Source of the DNA: a virus
Lineage: Duplodnaviria; Caudoviricetes
Length of the DNA: 26,560 nucleotides
IMG/VR virus record: IMGVR_UViG_3300020042_005532
Location: 1-26,560 of that record
Reading direction: 5' to 3' (one strand)
Made by a program: the position numbers and the translations under genes. The notes beneath the pieces were generated by a model. That model was not told where the DNA came from and searched no databases. It saw only the letters and a list, made by a program, of their open reading frames with translations. Position 1 is the first letter of the stretch. The number at the start of each line of letters is the position of its first letter. Shown in pieces: positions 24,939 to 26,560 of the stretch.

Positions 24939-25199
24939 TTAAATTGTATTGTCAGCTATTGAATATCCTTCTGGGTTAATAAGTTCAGCAGTTGGCCATC
25001 CATCGTTTTCTTTTACATCCATATCCTCCAATGTGTCATGCTGTACATCTTGCATAGTATATGTATTGTCTGTTGCACTCACTCTAAAGTTAGCAATCAT
25101 TAGACTTCTGGCTTGTAAATAATCTTCTGCCTCTATTTCGTGGTATTCTCGCACCCAAATAGTGCATTTTCTGTCAATGTGAAAGTTGAATTTTGCCAT
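24939..25199 (-). CDS. Hypothetical acidic protein
   Basis: 86-aa ORF with its own promoter-like region upstream. Confidence 0.65.
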   Translation of the reverse strand: MAKFNFHIDRKCTIWVREYHEIEAEDYLQARSLMIANFRVSATDNTYTMQDVQHDTLEDMDVKENDGWPTAELINPEGYSIADNTI

Positions 25200-25207
25200 G
25201 TGTTTTG

Positions 25208-25253
25208 TAAATTTAGTTGTGTTTATTGTTAAAAAATGTTAAAGGCTTGTTAA
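25208..25253 (-). promoter_or_regulatory. Promoter-like box TAAATTTA with three phased TTAACA boxes
   Basis: TGTTAA on the + strand at 25227, 25237 and 25248. Confidence 0.55.
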
Positions 25254-25693
25254 AGCTGTCCTTCTTCAGCAAATGAATAATAGCTGTCTTCTGTTAGGAT
25301 TATATGGTCAAGCAAATTAATGTCAAATAGCTTACAAGCCCCATTAATCTTGTCTGTCATTTTTCTGTCATTGTCTGATGGTTTAAGGTTTCCAGATGGA
25401 TGGTTATGGGCCACAATAAGGCATGATGCTGAACTTTGCAGGGCCATTGTCATGATTACTCTAACATCGCATACCACTCCCGAAAATCCTCCTGCACCTA
25501 CCTTATAATAGCCTATTACCTTGTTGGCCCTATTTAGGCATACCAAAATAAATTCCTCTGTCCATAGTAAAGTATCAGCTTTAAAAATACTTCTCAATAC
25601 ATTTACTATGTCATCCGAATTTTTTATATAAAATTCATCTCCCTTTGTAGCTTTTACTTTAATTTTCAGTTCTGGCAATTTAATTTTTTTCAT
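25250..25693 (-). CDS. radC: RadC-like JAB domain protein
   Basis: EEF...CLNRANKVIG, AHNHPSGNLKPS..D and LLDHIILT...YYSF motifs; JAB domain only. Confidence 0.9.
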   Translation of the reverse strand: MKKIKLPELKIKVKATKGDEFYIKNSDDIVNVLRSIFKADTLLWTEEFILVCLNRANKVIGYYKVGAGGFSGVVCDVRVIMTMALQSSASCLIVAHNHPSGNLKPSDNDRKMTDKINGACKLFDINLLDHIILTEDSYYSFAEEGQL

Positions 25694-25697
25694 GTGT

Positions 25698-25868
25698 TTA
25701 GTAGTTTAAGTTATTGTATTCATCCTTGTACCATATTGCTATGTGCAGAATCCTTTCAATAAGTTCTTCTTCGGATTCTTTTGCCATGTCATAAAAGTCA
25801 TTCCTTTCAAGTTCATCTTCCGACAATAGCAGTATAGAACTAACTAATTTTTCTCTTAACGTTTCCAT
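25698..25868 (-). CDS. Small acidic hypothetical protein
   Basis: METLREKL...; ATG 25868 starts 1 nt after the upstream stop and is preferred to 25904. Confidence 0.6.
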   Translation of the reverse strand: METLREKLVSSILLLSEDELERNDFYDMAKESEEELIERILHIAIWYKDEYNNLNY

Positions 25869-25869
25869 G

Positions 25870-26061
25870 TTATGTATTTTTAAGGTCATATAAAAGATTG
25901 TCAATGTATTGCTCCCAAGTAATAACCCTCATGATTTCTGTCCTATCCTCTCTGTTGCATCTGGAAAGGTGCTGAAGGTATTGTATAAAATCCCAATGGG
26001 TGTAGTTTTCTGCCTTGTACATGGCATAGTACTTGTTGCATAGTTGTGCTAATTTGTTCAT
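25870..26061 (-). CDS. Hypothetical protein
   Basis: 63-aa ORF directly after a promoter-like region. Confidence 0.55.
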   Translation of the reverse strand: MNKLAQLCNKYYAMYKAENYTHWDFIQYLQHLSRCNREDRTEIMRVITWEQYIDNLLYDLKNT

Positions 26062-26073
26062 GTGTTTAGATTG

Positions 26074-26129
26074 TAAAGGTATTCGCTGAATTGTTAAAAT
26101 GTTGTCAAGGCATTGTTAAAGAGTGTTAA
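26074..26129 (-). promoter_or_regulatory. Promoter-like box TACCTTTA with four phased TT(A/G)ACA boxes
   Basis: TGTTAA/TGTCAA on the + strand at 26092, 26103, 26114 and 26124. Confidence 0.55.
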
Positions 26130-26137
26130 TTTTCATA

Positions 26138-26560
26138 TTAGTAAATTTTTCCATCTTCTGTAAATTCGTATTCATTGCCCTCAATTTCATCTTTTATACA
26201 TTCATCCGAAAAATAATAGTCATATGCTTCCCCAATAAGATTCAGCACATTTTCCATGTGGTCTGCAAACTTGTCTTGTGCGTTTTCCAAAATTTTCATT
26301 TCTTCATCGGTAAATTCTTCTGAAATATCATTCTCCTCAAATTCAATTATTGTGTCTGGATGTCTTGCCCATGTATTCTTAATGCCATAGTATATTCTGT
26401 CATGCAGTTCCTCTGGTATTTCCAACCAATTAAAAAACATTTTATCGTCATTCACTACAATTCCTTCATCAGCATCAATATACCTATCCCTATCAAGGCC
26501 GAAATATACCTTTCCGGTGTTACCCATTACGGGTTTGGTATGTTGGTTATATGTTTCCCC
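26138..26560 (-). CDS. Highly acidic early protein, 5'-truncated by the window edge
   Basis: Frame stays open from 26560 (GETYNQHTKPV-MGN...). C-terminus YDYYFSDECIKDEIEGNEYEFTEDGKIY. Confidence 0.7.
   Translation of the reverse strand, partial: GETYNQHTKPVMGNTGKVYFGLDRDRYIDADEGIVVNDDKMFFNWLEIPEELHDRIYYGIKNTWARHPDTIIEFEENDISEEFTDEEMKILENAQDKFADHMENVLNLIGEAYDYYFSDECIKDEIEGNEYEFTEDGKIY

Noticed and set aside
648-26323. Opposite-strand or out-of-frame ORFs nested in called genes (e.g. 648-830, 9299-9535, 10977-11282, 12624-13004, 16285-16752, 20051-20470, 21676-21858, 21764-22072, 26123-26323)
   Set aside because: They lie within better-supported genes and lack motifs.
1-26560. Stop-codon reassignment, introns or inteins
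   Set aside because: Genes tile densely under code 11 using all three stops. Terminase and helicase are uninterrupted and of ordinary length.

Overview
This is a segment of a tailed dsDNA phage genome, most likely infecting a Bacteroidota host. The host inference rests on TAnnTTTG promoters, A-rich leaders without Shine-Dalgarno motifs, and a BT4734/VirE-N-type primase domain. The + strand (1-14413) carries tail/receptor-binding genes (LamG fragment, Delta-60 propeller, a 2428-aa modular fibre), then an HExxH/HNH pair, a lysis region (holin-like, spanin-like, GH19 endolysin) and a metallophosphoesterase. The - strand (14387-26560) carries terminase large subunit, SSB-like, primase-helicase, DnaA-C-like and ERF genes, many micro-proteins, and an early region with RadC/JAB and acidic proteins. 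The most notable unexplained element is the ~380-bp intergenic region 17552-17930. There a full consensus promoter drives a three-hairpin RNA whose first loop (AGGAGAG) is exactly complementary to the loop of its own terminator (CUCUCCU), and a second structured tract follows. Also notable are DNA-level conserved junctions and poly-G tracts in the fibre gene, a possible mosaic or chimeric junction, and helically phased TTAACA boxes at early promoters. Family names come from motif recognition and memory; no database search was run.
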